Origin: Eledone cirrhosa | Lineage: Eukaryota | Length of the DNA stretch: 64,000 bases | NCBI GenBank assembly: GCA_964016885.1 | Contig: OZ024751.1 | Location: 52,018,001-52,082,000 of the forward strand | Direction: 5' to 3' | In this document: in pieces, positions 12,901 through 26,869 of the stretch | Position numbering within the stretch: position 1 is the first letter of the stretch | Layout of the letters: every line of letters starts with the position of its first letter | Made by a program: the position numbers and the translations under genes | Notes under the pieces: model-generated | The model's database searches: none | Seen by the model: only the letters and a program-made list of their open reading frames with translations | What the model was told of the DNA's origin: nothing

Positions 12901-15709
12901 GCACAAATGTTCCTTTGTTGGTTTGAAGAGCTTAGTGTTTCAAGATGCCACTAACCAATAAATAACTTCAGACAACATCAGATAAAGGAGACAAAAGAAG
13001 ATATAAAAGAAATAAATAAAAATATTGTTTTGAAAAATTGAAAGAAAAATAACTATTTTTTAATCCATCGAAATATTACAGAGTCAGGTTGAATTAATAG
13101 AAACTGCCAAGGTGGAACTATCTAGATATACTGGAAACTGTTTTTTAAAAGACAAATAAAAATAGCAGGAAAAGCCAAATTGACTGGAAGGTAGGTGTGT
13201 AGATATGTTTGTGCTTGCATGTATGTGTATATATATATACATATATATATATATAATTAGACTGTTAGGCAAATACATGCATAGGCATATAGTTATGCAG
13301 ATAGGATGCACATAAATATAGATAGGTAAACACACACATATCTGAAAATCTAAAGAGAGAGTGAGAAAGATATATACAGACAGATGTATAGACAGACAAA
13401 TAGATAGACAGATAAGTACATCAATAGATAAATTGTAAGATAGACAGGTAGATAGATATGTAGATACATAGATAGACATGTAGGCAGTTTATGCTTTAAC
13501 TTCTTAAACACCCAAGAAGTATATTGCGGAAACAAAATAAAATACCTGCATACACTTGTGTATAAGTCACACCTTTTACTATCAAAATACAACATAAAAA
13601 CCCAGAAGGCCACTTACCTACTGGACTAACAAAACCCCCAATTCAAAATATAAGGTATATTTCAAATGTTATATGTAAAATAAATATAAGAGTTATACAG
13701 TATATATGGTAATTGTAATTTTTACCATGGATTCTATGGCTGGATGCCCTTCCTAATTAAAGTTCCAGATAAACTTAAACAGGGAATATGTAATACATTA
13801 TTTTTTCATCTTTATATTGCATTTATCTATTTATTATAGAAGTATAATTATAATTCACCAATATTTGCATATAAAAATAAAAAAATAGTGAAAGTAAGGG
13901 AAACATGGGAGGAAACAGCTGACTACACCTCAGTTTGGTTTATCTCAGCTGACAAATTGGTGAAGGCAGTGCCATAGAGAACAGCCAGCAACATCTGCTG
14001 CATCAACCACTCCACCTCTATTTATGGAAGTATATTTACAATTCATCAATATTTGCATATTAAAAAAAAATAAAGAGAAAAAATTAAATAGCAAAGTCTA
14101 GGTGGTATATCTCAGGTGTGCACTGCAGACAAAATTGTGAAGGCAGTGTCATAGAGAATAGCCAGCGATACCCACTGCATCAGCCACTCTACCTCAGACA
14201 GGATGTACTCATCCCAATTTTGTAGAGGAAAACTGCAGTTTGAGGACTGAGGTTTCAATGGTGACCAATCAGCCTGGTGGATTGGAAGTATCAGTAGAGT
14301 GTCAGACAACATGTTTTATGGAATATAGTTATAGCCCTTTATATTTGAATATAGTTCAAATCCCGCCGAGGTCAGCTTTGCCTTTCATCCTTACGGGGTC
14401 GATAAAATACAGTACCAGTAACGCACTGAGGTAGATTTTAATTGACTTTCCTCTTCCCTTCAAATTGCTGGCCTTCATTTATTACCATCCTCCCCCTTCC
14501 CTTTATTTATTACCATTCTCCCTTTTTCCTTCACTTATTACCATTCTCCTCCTCCTTTCACTTATTACCATCCCATCCCCTCACTTATTACCATCCCATC
14601 CCCTCGCTTATTCCCATCCACCCTTTCCCTTCACTTATTATCGTCCCCCCTCTCCCTCCCCTTCAATTATTACAACCACCCCTCTCCCCTTCATATATTA
14701 TAGCCCCCCCCCCCTTCTAGCTAACTCTTTTATCTTTTTCTTTCACTTTTTCCTTGTTCAATTCGTTCCATTTCCATCACTTTAGTCTTTCCTATTCTTT
14801 CTTTCTTTTCTTCTAATTTTTTAATATTTTTTTGTTAGTTTTTGTATTTTTTCTTCTTCCTTCATATTTTAAAATTTTCATTTCCTTCCAAAGTCTTTAC
14901 TTTTTGCTTCCTATTCTTCTAACCATTTCTTTCTTTTCTAGTCTGTCTTGATTTTCATTCATTTTTCATTCTCTCTTTCCATTGCCTTCTGTTTTCTACT
15001 TTTCTTTCACATATTTTCCTTCATTTTATTTGATTTATCCTCTCTTTCTTTCAGATTTTCTTTGCCTCTTTCCATTTGTTTGACTATTTCTTTCTTTCTT
15101 TTTTCTTTCTTTTCATTTCTTTCACTGTCTTTCTTTGTACAACATTCGTCTATTTCTCTCTTTCTTTTTTAATTTCTCCTTTCTTACTTTCTTTTATATT
15201 TCTCTCTTTCTACCCATTTTTTTCTTTCTCTTACCCCAAAAATAAATAAATAAATAAAATAAAATTTCTTCCTTAGTTTTCTTCATCTTTCTCTAATTTA
15301 TTCTGTCTGCTTTCACACCAAATCTAGAATATTCCTGTTCAGCAACAATATTCTAAAATCAATTAAGAACAAAATATCAGTTTTTAAAAGCCATTTTTCT
15401 TTAAACTATTTCCTATTTCTGCTTCTTGTTTGTTTTATTGTAAGTTTCTTTTATAGCTGTCTATGTTCCATCTCAGATACTAAAACTACACACTCAGATA
15501 TATTTTGAACTGTAGCCAAGATTTAGCAATATACTGCTGTTGTGACAGTAATAAAGATGCAACATGCCAGCCACACTACACCCATATCTAACATGCCCTC
15601 ACTGACACAATTCATATCACACTATATGCATTGATTGTCAGACTACGTGACACAGAGAGCATGACCTCCATGTTACACTGCATTGCCATGCTGCAAGACC
15701 CCACTGTAC

Positions 15710-16090
15710 TTTGCACCACATGTCCTCACTACCACACAGTATCACTTACCACATGTCCTTAGGACCAAATAGCACATGTCCTCACTATCACCACACACAT
15801 CATGTCTTCACTACCACATACCACATGTCCTCACCAACATACAGTACCACACACCACATGTCCTCACTACCCCACAGTACCACTTACTACATGTCCTTGG
15901 TACCACATACCACATATCCTCTCCACCACTCACATATCCTTACCACGACACACCACATATCCTCACCACCACAAAATACCATTCACCACATGTCTTCACC
16001 ACCACACAGTACCATACACCACATGTCCTCACCACCACACAGTACCATACACCACCACACAGTACCACACACCACATGTCCTCACACTGT
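15710..16090. repeat. Degenerate minisatellite (cacatgtcctcactaccacacagtaccacac, ~25-33 bp)
   Basis: About 12 visible units. Confidence 0.85.
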
Positions 16091-16506
16091 ATCTTATACA
16101 TGTCCAAGTTTCCAAACATACATATTTGACTGTCACATAACAGTAACCCAGAAATTAATATGAACACCTCTCCTCAATCGTAACATCTTCCTACAGCCCT
16201 TAATTTTTTATTATTTTTTATTACTGTTTTGTCAGAGAGAGAGTAAGGTACCCTTAAACCAGAGACCTGCTATAAATGCTTCCAATGGAATAGTCTCTAA
16301 AGGTACCTAAGTAACAGGTGGAGGTGTTAAACCAAGTGATGAATTAAGTCACCTCACCTAAGCCACAGCATAATGTGAATTCAGAATACAAAGAGCTGGA
16401 ACAAATGCTACAAGGGGTCATGTCCAATACTCTATCAATTCTGACAATCTATCACCTTGGACTTATCATATTAATGCTTCGAAATAATGGTTTCTGATTT
16501 AGGTAT

Positions 16507-16851
16507 CATCATCATCATCATCATTTCATTTTATGTCCGCTTTTCCCTGCTTGCAAGGGTGGGACGGGAACTGATTCTGGCTTGATTTCTACAGCTGGAT
16601 GCCCTTCCTAACACCAACCTCATTTACAGTGAGTGCTGGGTGCTTTTTTGCCGTGGCGCCTACACGTCCACTTTACAGTGGAATGATAGGGACCTCAGTC
16701 CTATCATCTCATTTCTACAGCTGAGTAAACTGGAGCAATGTGAAATAAAGTGTCTTGCTCAAGGAAACAACACATCACCCGGTCTGAGAATTGAACTCAC
16801 AACATTTCGATTGCAAGCCCAATGCTCTAACCACTAAGCCATGTGCCTCCA
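16507..16851 (-). mobile_element. Full-length tRNA-derived SINE with RTE-derived tail
   Basis: Minus strand: A box TGGCTTAGTGG, B box GAGTTCAATTC, central ccttgagcaagacactt. The tail cccgtcccacccttgcaagcagggaaaagcggac matches RTE 43729-43762; ends in (GAT)n. Confidence 0.88.
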
Positions 16852-17104
16852 TAAGGCCAGCAATTTTTGGGGAAAGGGAAAGTCAATTAAATTGATCCCA
16901 GTGCATTACTGGTACTTTATTTTATCGACCCCGTAAGGATGAAAGGCAAATTTAACCTCAGCAGGATTTGAACTCAAAATAATGAAAGGCAAAGTTGACC
17001 TTTGCAGAGCCAGAACAAACACTGTAAAGTATTTTGTACCACAACCCCACAACACCCTGATTGCCACCCTAATTACCACAAAACACACTACCCCAGTTTT
17101 CACT

Positions 17105-17600
17105 TTAGTTGCCAGCCCCACCCACCACACCCCAAATACCACCTCAGACACCACCCAAGCACCACTCCAGCCACTACCCCAGTTACCACTCCAACCCCAC
17201 CACCTCAGCCACCACACCAGTTACCACCCCAGCTACCACCTCAGCCACCACACCGGTTACCACCCCAAGCACCACTCCAGCCATCACCCCAGCTACCACC
17301 TCAGCCACCACCCAAGCACCACTCCAACCATCACCCCAGTTATTACCCCAACCCCACCCTAATTACGACCCCCAACCACCACCTCGATTACTACCCCAGC
17401 TACCACCCTAGTTATCACCATTGTTACCACCTTAGTTACCACCCCAGTTACCAACTTAACCACCACCTAGCTACCACCTTAGTTACCACCATTATAACCA
17501 TCCCAGCCGCAACCCTAACTACTACCCCAGCCACCACCCTAATTACCACCTCAGCTACAACTTTTTTTTATCACTATTGTAACCACCCCAGTTACAACCC
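17105..17600. repeat. 12-bp minisatellite (ccaccccagcta-like)
   Basis: Periodic units visible. Confidence 0.85.
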
Positions 17601-17949
17601 CAGAGGTCAGAAGAACAGACACTAACAATAGATGTTCCAGTTGGTAGATTTACTAAATCGATTTGTTGTCTCTATTGATTTTCAACAATTCAAACATTTA
17701 CAGTGTTTCTACTGATGTATTAATAATAATAATAATAATGGTTTCTGATTTAGACACAAAGGCCAACACTTTTTTGGGAGGAGAAGTCGATTAAATCGCC
17801 CCCAGTGCATTACTGGTGCTTTATTTTATCGACCCTGTAATGATGAAAGGTAAAGCTAACCATGGTGGGATTTGAACTCAAAATGTAACTAATACTGCTA
17901 ATCCACCGTGATCTGTCAACCTAATAATAATAATATCATCACCACTTCA

Positions 17950-18265
17950 TTACTACAAACACCATCACCATCACCTCACCACAAACACCATCACCCCACC
18001 ACACACAGCATCACCACACCACAAACACCATCACGACACCACAAACACCATCACCCCACGACACACAGCATCACCACACCACAAACACCATCACGACACC
18101 ACAAACACAATCACCCCACCACACACAGCATCACCACACCACAAACACCATCACAACACCACAAACACCATCACCACACCACAAACACAATCACCACACC
18201 ACAGACACCATCACCACATCACAGACAACACTACTACATCACAGACAACACTACTACAACACCAT
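17950..18265. repeat. ~20-bp minisatellite with 60-bp higher-order period (caccacaaacaccatcacca)
   Basis: The lines starting at 18001, 18061 and 18121 are almost identical. Confidence 0.85.
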
Positions 18266-18789
18266 TACTTTAGCAGGAAAATTGGCCTTAAAAATGATTG
18301 TTGTTGTTTTTAGCCCAGAGGAACAGGAAAATGAAGTCAAATCTAGTGAAACTGGAATTAAGAATGTAGAGGGGTGAGTTTAAATAATACCATAACAAAT
18401 TTAGTCAGAATTCTACCACTTTTGCTGTTGTTTAAATGGTTTATCTAAGAGATATAGTAAAATAAATAAATATTCAAATATCCAAAGGGAAAATCTTATA
18501 GCAGAAGATAAGAAACATAATGAAAGTTAAAAAATAAAATAATAATAATAATTGTTTCTACTTTAGGCACAAGGCCAGCAATTTGAAGGGGAGGGGAAAG
18601 TCGATTAAATCGACCCCCCCCCCCCCCATACGTTACTGGTGCTTTATTTTAAGGATGAAAGGCAAAGCTAACCTCAGTAGGATTTGAACTCAGACCGCAA
18701 AGGGCCGTAACTCTATGCCACGAAGCATGGTGTCTGACACTCTTTCAGTAAATTCACTGAAACTGAAATAATAAAACTGAGAAAGAAAT

Positions 18790-19670
18790 CAAAACTGGCC
18801 AAAAGGATTAGGGAAAGTACTAGAACTAGAGAATAAGTTCCAATTATGTAAATAGAATTTACAATCAAAAGGACTGAGAGTAAACTTAGCAAAAACTAAA
18901 GTGTTAGTAAGTAGGATCTTGATACCATCAGAGAAGTGCCCTGTTTGATATGCAGAAACTCTATATGATGTACACAATGCAAATCTTGGGTACACAAAAG
19001 ATATAGTGGGATAACAGGTAGACTAACAGGAAGGAAAGACTTTGTATGTAATAGCTGCACAGGGGTAATCGATAGTAAGAGTGTCAATGATATAGAACTT
19101 TTTCAATCCCAGGAAGGATCCATAGAAGTGGTTGATAGCTTCTGCTACCAAGAGCAGAATAGCTAAATGGAAGAAGTTTAGAGAGCTACTCCTACTGTTG
19201 ACATTAAAATGTTTTTCCCTACAAACAAAAGGTCAGCTGTATGTAGCCTGCATGCAAATGCAATGCATCATGGTAGTAAAACATGGGAAGTGACTGTAGA
19301 GGATATGTGTAGGCTGAGAAGAAATGAAGCAAGCGTGCTTCGATGTACATGCAATGTTAATGTAAGGGAATGGAAGAGTTTGGATGAACTGTGAGAAAAA
19401 CTGGATTTAAGAAGAATCAGAAATAGTGTGCAAGAGAGAAGACTGTGTTGGTATGGACATGAGATCTGCATGGATGATCAATGGGTGATAAAGTGCCAGG
19501 AAATCCCAGTCGAAGGAAGACCAAGGAAGACCTGGGCTAAGGTGGTGAGAGTTGATCTCAAATCACTGAGTCTCACAGAGGAGATGAAAAAGGAATGCGA
19601 TAAATAGAGAGAGATGATGAGTAGAAAAGAACCAGTCCAACTCATGTAAGCATGGAAAAGCAGATACAGA
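18790..19670 (+). mobile_element. Degraded RTE-clade LINE fragment
   Basis: GLRVNLAKTKV-like start, HGSKTW, RRNEASVLR, GRPRKTW. Confidence 0.8.
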
Positions 19671-19702
19671 AATTAATATGATATATATACATATATATAC
19701 AC

Positions 19703-20460
19703 ATGGCTTCTCCCTCAGAATGAAAGGCAGACTGTATGATGCGTGTATCCGAACAGCGATGTTGCATGGTAGTGAGACCTGGGCGCTGAAGGTGGAAGAC
19801 TTACGTAGATTAGAGAGAAACGAAGCCTGCATGCTCCGATGGATGTGTAACAGTAATATACGTGAACGACAAAGCATAAATGAATTGAGAGAGAGACTGA
19901 GCATAAGAGGAATCAAATGCTGCGTGCAGGAGAGGCGGTTACGCTGGTATGGACATGTGATGCGTATGAAGGATGACAGCTGCATAAAAAGGTGCAGAGC
20001 ACTAGAAGTTGATGGAAACCGCGGAGTGGGGAGACCCAAGATGACTTGGGATGAGGTGATAAAAGCCGACCTTACCCAACTACACCTCTCAAAGTCAATG
20101 ACACACGACCGTGACTTCTGGCGTCACGCAGTAATACAGGGTACCCGACCTCCCATAGGTACATGCTGAAGCATATAAACAATATGCCCCCCCCCCCCCA
20201 CCGCAAGGTGGTCGTGGAGGTGCCACGGCAAAAAAGCACCCAGCCCACACTGTAAAGTGGACGTGTAGGCGCCACGAAAAAGCACCCAGCACTCACTGTA
20301 AATGAGGTTGGTGTTAGGAAGGGCATCCAGCTGTAGAAATCAAGCCAGATCAGTTCCTGTATGAGCAAGGCATGGTCAGCCGACCAGACACTGCCCACAA
20401 CAGGACAACCCGTCTAACCCATGCTAGCGTGGAAGAACGGACGTAAAACGGTGATGATGA
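19703..20460 (+). mobile_element. RTE LINE 3' end with extended SINE-like 3' UTR
   Basis: Open ORF (KGRLYDAC..MLHGSETW..RRLRWYGHVMRM..GRPKMTW), then the ggaagggcatccagc domain and a (GAT)n tail. Confidence 0.9.
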
Positions 20461-20485
20461 TATATGTGTATATATATATATATAT

Positions 20486-21339
20486 TGTATGATGCTTGTA
20501 TACGAACAGCAATGCTACATGGCAGTGAGACATGGGCATTGCATGCAGAGGACCTGCGCAGACTGGAAAGAAACGAAGCATGCATGCTCCGTTGGATGTG
20601 TAATAGTAATATACGTGAACGGCAAAGCATAAATGAACTAAGTGAGAAATTAGGAATAAGAGGGATCAGATGCTGTTTACTCGAGAGAAGACTACATTGG
20701 TATGGCCACGTGATGCGCATGAAAGACGACAGCTGTATAAAAAAGTGCAGGGCGATCAAAATTGATGGTAGTTACAGAGTAGGTAGACCCAGAAAAACCT
20801 GGGACGATCTGATAAATTCCGACCTTACACACTTGCACCTCTCTAAGACAATGTCACTGGACCGAGATCTTTGGCACTACGCAGTAATACAGAAGACCCG
20901 CCTTGCCTATGTACAAAGAGAAACCTACAGTCAGTAGGCACCTCTTAACCAAATATACACCCCAATCCACTACTCCTACTCTATCCTCCCACTCCCACCA
21001 ACACCACCCCCTCTCTATAAAGTTGGTACCACAACATCCAGTCCAAATAAATGAGATAAATGAAATCGAGATCGAGATCGTGTAGGTGTCACGAGAAAAA
21101 AACACACAGTCCACGCTGTAATGTGGCCGTGTAGGTAGCACGGTAAAAAGTTCCCAGTTCCACACTGTAAATGTGGTTGGTGTTAGGAAGGGCATCCAGC
21201 CGTAGAAAACCTGCCAGATAGTCCTATATGAGCGAGACATGGTCACCCGACCAACCTTGCCTCAAGTGGGACAACTCCCGTCTAACCCATGCTAGCGTGG
21301 AAAGTGGACGTTAAACGAGGATGATGATGATGATGATGA

Positions 21340-21341
<2 letters not shown>
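20486..21341 (+). mobile_element. RTE LINE 3' end with extended SINE-like 3' UTR
   Basis: ORF 20464-20937 with the same motifs; its UTR is near-identical to 7812-8150. Confidence 0.9.
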
Positions 21342-21375
<34 letters not shown>

Positions 21376-21603
21376 GTATGTGCTTTATATATGTGCTTTA
21401 TATATATATATATATATATACGTATGTGCTTTATGTAAACACAGCATCTTCCTTAATGTTATTCTTATATATATATATACATGTATATGTATATATATAT
21501 ATATATATGCTTTATGTAAACACAGCATCTTTCTTAATGTTATTCTTATATATACATATATATATATATACATGTAAATGTATGTATATATATATATATA
21601 TAC

Positions 21604-21642
<39 letters not shown>

Positions 21643-22180
21643 CACAGCATATGAGCACACACACATACAAAGAGTAAGACACATGCAAACATATATGCTC
21701 AATTCATTTTGCTTGAATGAAAAAAAAATAACTCACTTAGATATCGAAAATTAATATCAGTTACTGAACTCCCAATACCCTCCTCCCTCCAGTCACTACA
21801 CACATAAATATGTGTGTGGTGATAGTGGATGTGGGTAGTAGGAGGTTATGCACCATGGTGTGGTAATTATACATTTAAATATGCTGAACAGAAATATCAA
21901 AGAGGCAAACTCCATTTCTATAATAGAGTCATAGACAGAAATAGGTAGAAACTTCATTATATAAAGATAAACCTTGGCATAGCTTGAAATAAAATCTTTC
22001 TCTACCAACCTCCATTCCGACCTCAACCCCCACTTTATGTGACCCAGAGAGATATCTATAGCTTTGCTTCATATAACAAAGATTGTGCAATGGTGGTAAT
22101 TATATCTATATCTATCTCTTCTCTTCTCTGTCTGTCTAGCTTTCCCTCTGTGTGTATGTATGTGTATATATATATATATA

Positions 22181-22739
22181 CACTGGTAACATGTATCCCA
22201 GTACAACCTGTCCCATGGTTGGGTCGTTGGCGACTAAACTGGCAACCCCACCAAGGTTTCTTGGTGAGGAGGGTGACTTTGGACATCCTGCAGGACTAAA
22301 AACAAAACCTGTCAAAGGGCAAAGGAGCTCTTTTTAAGAGTCAATGGCCATCCAAAATCACCGGGAGAGATGACCCCTTAGCCTTTGTCAAGGCAGAATT
22401 CTAGGAGAAGGAAAACTCTGATATAACACCTGCAACCCTGATGGTATCCAATGATGTTAACTTGTTCTTCTTTTTGGTAAATATCATCTTGGTTAAGAGA
22501 GTGGGACTGGCTTTGTGCAGTGCCTTTGCTCACTATAAAAGCTCCATGGTACAGGCATTTCTTTATATCTGGAGATGTCTCTGCACTTGTCGTCACATGT
22601 GTCAATGATTGTCACAAGTGTAGTGTTTGTACCAGAGTTTTCAGCTGGACTAAAAAGTCACACTCGTTCAGCGCATCAGTAGAGGTTCTCCTACATAGAT
22701 ATAAAGTAGTGGCCGTACTCGAAAACGAGTTGGCAGCCA

Positions 22740-22740
<1 letters not shown>
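22181..22740 (+). mobile_element. Interspersed repeat, second copy of 6960-7390
   Basis: Collinear similarity; TA-flanked. Confidence 0.6.
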
Positions 22741-22793
<53 letters not shown>

Positions 22794-22871
22794 TGGTAAC
22801 ATGGAAAATGGACGTTAAAAGATGATGATGATATCATCATCATCATATAATGACATATAAATATATATATA

Positions 22872-22915
<44 letters not shown>

Positions 22916-23111
22916 TATACATACACACATATGTATATATGAAAGTTGAGATTATTTATATTAACATTTTGATTTATTCATACATTATCAATGGTCCTGT
23001 GCAAGTAAACATGTCTGATTCTTTTAGATGGTTATTCAGAAGTATTTAAAGGAGTGAGACATGTTTACATCTCCGAGAACACTGGTAACGCATAAATAAG
23101 TCAAACTATTC

Positions 23112-23142
<31 letters not shown>

Positions 23143-23194
23143 TCTATATCATCCTCATTATTTAATCTCTGTTTTCCCTGCTAACAAGGGCATA

Positions 23195-23225
<31 letters not shown>

Positions 23226-23504
23226 GCCGCCACCACCACCACTACTACTGCTGCTACTGCTCCTTCTGCAGGAGCCAACGACAACTAAATAAAACCAGTT
23301 CAATGAATTGCCAAACTGTTGCCATGGTTAACAGATGCATTACAACACCATATCTGCAATATTCATGTCACCTCCTTTTATTTTGAGTTCAAATCCCACC
23401 AAAGTGAACTTTGGCTTTCATCTCTCCAGGATTGATAAATAAAATACCAGTCTATAGCAGTGGACTGGTAGAATTGTTAGTGCATCAGAGATGAACACAT
23501 CATA

Positions 23505-23830
23505 GTCGAATGGTAAAGTAATTTGTTTCACAATCCTAAGCTCCTGGGTTCAATCTCTCTGAGTGGCATAATGGGCAAGTATCATTTACCTTAGCCTTGG
23601 GTTGACCCAAGCTTTGTAAATGAAATTGAGAAGATGGAAACTGTTTGGAAGCCTTACAGATGGACTGTACCTGTAATTCAAAGGGTCATGATAAATTTTC
23701 TTAATGGAAGTTGAGAATTCCATTAAGAGTACATTTGTCTGTGGAATACTTAGCCACTTATATGATTTCATGAGCAGGCTATTTGATTAATCAAACAACT
23801 GCAACATTCACCATCGAAATCAATGGAGAT
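23505..23830 (+). mobile_element. Third, older SINE-like family (related segments at 54220-54340 minus and 60860-61110 plus)
   Basis: B-box-like gggttcaatctc; shared tgtctgtggaatact.agccactt..taatttca.gagcaggct. Confidence 0.55.
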
Positions 23831-24631
23831 CCATTCTAGGGAATCAGATGTGATGCCTTGCAAGTAATTATTCTGACTGCTTGTGTTTGGGGTTCAAATC
23901 CTGTTGTAGCCTTCTTGAGTGATAGACTTTGTTTAATACCCTCACCTAGCCACTGGGGGGCCTTTTCTGGCGTCCACTCTGATGGAAGCATTTAAGTTAG
24001 GTCTCTGGTTTGAGGATACCGTCCTGTCTCTCTCATTCCTATGGGTCCTGGAGATACAGAAAAGTGGCATGGACACTGTCCTTCTTCCTCACAAAGCAAT
24101 AAAAAAACCATAGAAAACTTGACAAATAAAAGGTCAGGAAGATTTTTCAGTTATGTCAAATATAACAACTTCTCTAGCATTGGTGGGATTTTGTGTCTCG
24201 ACAAATAATTGTTTCCAAGGCCAACAATTATCCCAGTGTATTACTGGTACTTTATTTTATCGACCCCCGTAAGGATGAAAGGCAAAGTTAACCTCGGCGG
24301 GATTTGAACTCAGTCCGTAAAGGGACGTAACTCTATGCTGCAAAGCATAGCGTCCGACCCTAGTGGTCATGTGCATCGAAGTAAGAATAGGTATAAACAC
24401 ACACAGTACACACTGTAATGTGATTGGTGAGAAGGTCTGTATGTGTGGAAATGACCTGGGGCTTACCAAAGTTCTTAACATGTACACACATGCTTGTAGG
24501 AATACCAACACATATGCATTAACACAAATGTGCATGCATTAGTACACACACAAATATACACACCCCAAGACACATCAAAATTTATATATATATATATATA
24601 TACACACATATATATATTTATATATATATAT

Positions 24632-24816
24632 ATAGGAACAAGTATGACCCCGACGGCTAATTCTGGACTGAATTAGCCGTCCAGAATTAGCCGTCGAAAC
24701 GGCTTGAGCTCTGCCGTCGGGGTCATACTTGTTCCTATTACCCACTCTACTACCCTAAGTATTGAGTACTTTGGTGCGTTATGGTCCATCTGGTTCCTTC
24801 CCACATTTCCTTCGTT

Positions 24817-24817
<1 letters not shown>
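24632..24817 (+). mobile_element. Fold-back element with the 3' half of a hammerhead
   Basis: Inverted repeat 24632-24738; GAAA CGGC..GCCG TC GGGG; homologous to 53001-53194. Confidence 0.7.
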
Positions 24818-24854
<37 letters not shown>

Positions 24855-25182
24855 ATATGTATATACACACGCAGAACTGCTGAAACAACTGACTAACCAA
24901 CCAATCATTCAACTGTTCAAAAACCCAGCTGTTATACACACACACTAAGTGAAAGAAGTATTAACAAAAGAGACCAAATAAGTGTTACTGTAAAAATTAG
25001 TTATCGAGGCTTCAGTTTGAAAGAATCGTTACTGACATTTTAGCTGGATAACAATCACTTCTGGAAGATTCCCATTTATTTATAGAAACATGCTGTTGCT
25101 CCCCACTACTTTCATCACACCATCCTCTTTCTCATCTTTCTCCATCGAATTAAAGCAGCTGGATTATATATATATCTGTGCT

Positions 25183-25224
<42 letters not shown>

Positions 25225-25257
25225 AGCATACATATATAATCCACCTGCTTTAGTTCG

Positions 25258-25288
<31 letters not shown>

Positions 25289-25479
25289 TATGTACATACA
25301 TATATGATCATCATTTTACATTTGTTTTCCATACTAACATAACTTGAATGGATCGTCTCGGTTTGAGATTAGATAAGTTGGAGAACCAGATTTTGCTCAT
25401 TTTAAAAGAATTGCCCCTCTCATTTTTTAAATTAAATATGGAATGATACGCGATGCCCCCCCCCCCCCCCCCCCCCCCC

Positions 25480-25899
25480 GCAGCAGACAGAATGGCGAAG
25501 TCATTTCCCCGGAGGATGGCAAGGGAGACGCGCTGGAAAAACCACTCCAACTCGCAGGGCTCACACATGCGGCTGGCCAGCTCACTGCCTATGGTGGTGA
25601 GTAGGGAGGTAGCCCTAGGGCTAAGGACACCAGAAGTCTCCACTGCCAGGAGTACAACCGCAAAGCTGTCAGAGAGCAACCGGTATTTGAGGAGTTTAGC
25701 CTCCTCAGTCCGACGTGCAGCAGAACCCGGGTTAGTCGCAGACTGCACCAGGTTACGGCTGCAGAAAGTGTCGGTGCAAGTGGCATCCCAGACGAGGGGT
25801 TTGCCACCGCGGAACGGGAAGATGGTCATGCCATCTGGCCTTTTGCCGTCCCCTCGGTCCAGCCCCACCGGTTCGAGCTGGGAAGGGAAGCCTGCAGCG
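25480..25899 (-). mobile_element. Restriction-like endonuclease domain fragment of a CRE-like non-LTR retrotransposon
   Basis: LEPVGLDRGDGKRPDG..W D..K..KY..AVETSG..FFQRVSLAILRGN in ORF 25311-25949. Confidence 0.85.
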
Positions 25900-26680
25900 T
25901 ATATTCCATTTTTGGCACGTTTTGTTTTTATAGCTAGATGCCCATGCAAATACCAACTGCTTTACAGAGTGTATTGGGTGCATTTTATCTTAGCACTAAC
26001 ACTAAAGTTGAAGGTCAACCTCTGCTTTAGCATGGAAAATCGCATTCAAATCACATGTGACAATTTTAAAAAAGGAAGGTCATATAGGGTAAATCAGTCT
26101 TAGATACATTATGACTGAATAAAAGATAAGATGTTTGTGACTGTATATTCTATGATCAGAGCAGTCCTGGGGCTAGAAACAACACCACCATTAAATATAA
26201 CAATAATTGTTTCTACTTTAGGCACAAGGCCAGCAATTACCCAGTACATTACTGGTAACAATAATAGTAACAAAAACTACAACAGCAGCAAAGACTGCAA
26301 TAACAACAACATCAAAAACAGCAGCAGTAACAACTCCAACAAAAGCCCTACAACTACAATAACAACAACAACAGTAACAACAATAACCCTTACAACAACA
26401 ATGCCAACAGTTGCTAAATCAGAGGTTATAGTGAAGGAGATTAAATAAGCAATAGCTGGCTGAGCTAACAGTCCTTTTCTTCATCATTCTTCGCTGTGAA
26501 TAGCAAAAATGTTCGTTAAGTTGAATATTTGATGATGAATACAAGAAGAGGATAAATTGATTAATACAAGTGAATTGTCAACAATAAAAGTGATAAGCTT
26601 GAAAGCTTTCATCAGATGAGATTAAACAAACACATGAAAATACATACGTGTGTGTGTGAGTATATATATATATATATATA

Positions 26681-26869
26681 TCAGAATGGAAGAGGTAAAA
26701 TCCATTAAACTATTACTCATGAGAGTATTCAATACTTGGGGTAGTAGAGTGGGTAATATGAAAAATTTGGGAGCTCCTGCTGTTTCAATAGCTAGATCTG
26801 AACTCTAGCTGTTCGGATCTAGTTGTTGAAATGGCAGGAGCTCAGCCATCAGGGTCCCAAATTTTTCGT

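Noticed and set aside
13613-13630. 8-nt microexon candidate (ttag|TCCAGTAG|gtaagt on the minus strand)
   Set aside because: Frame-disrupting and with a poor pyrimidine tract; cannot be distinguished from chance.
15711-18273. His/Pro/Thr-rich ORFs resembling mucin or extensin
   Set aside because: Open in several frames only because the minisatellites lack stop codons; no splice or domain evidence.
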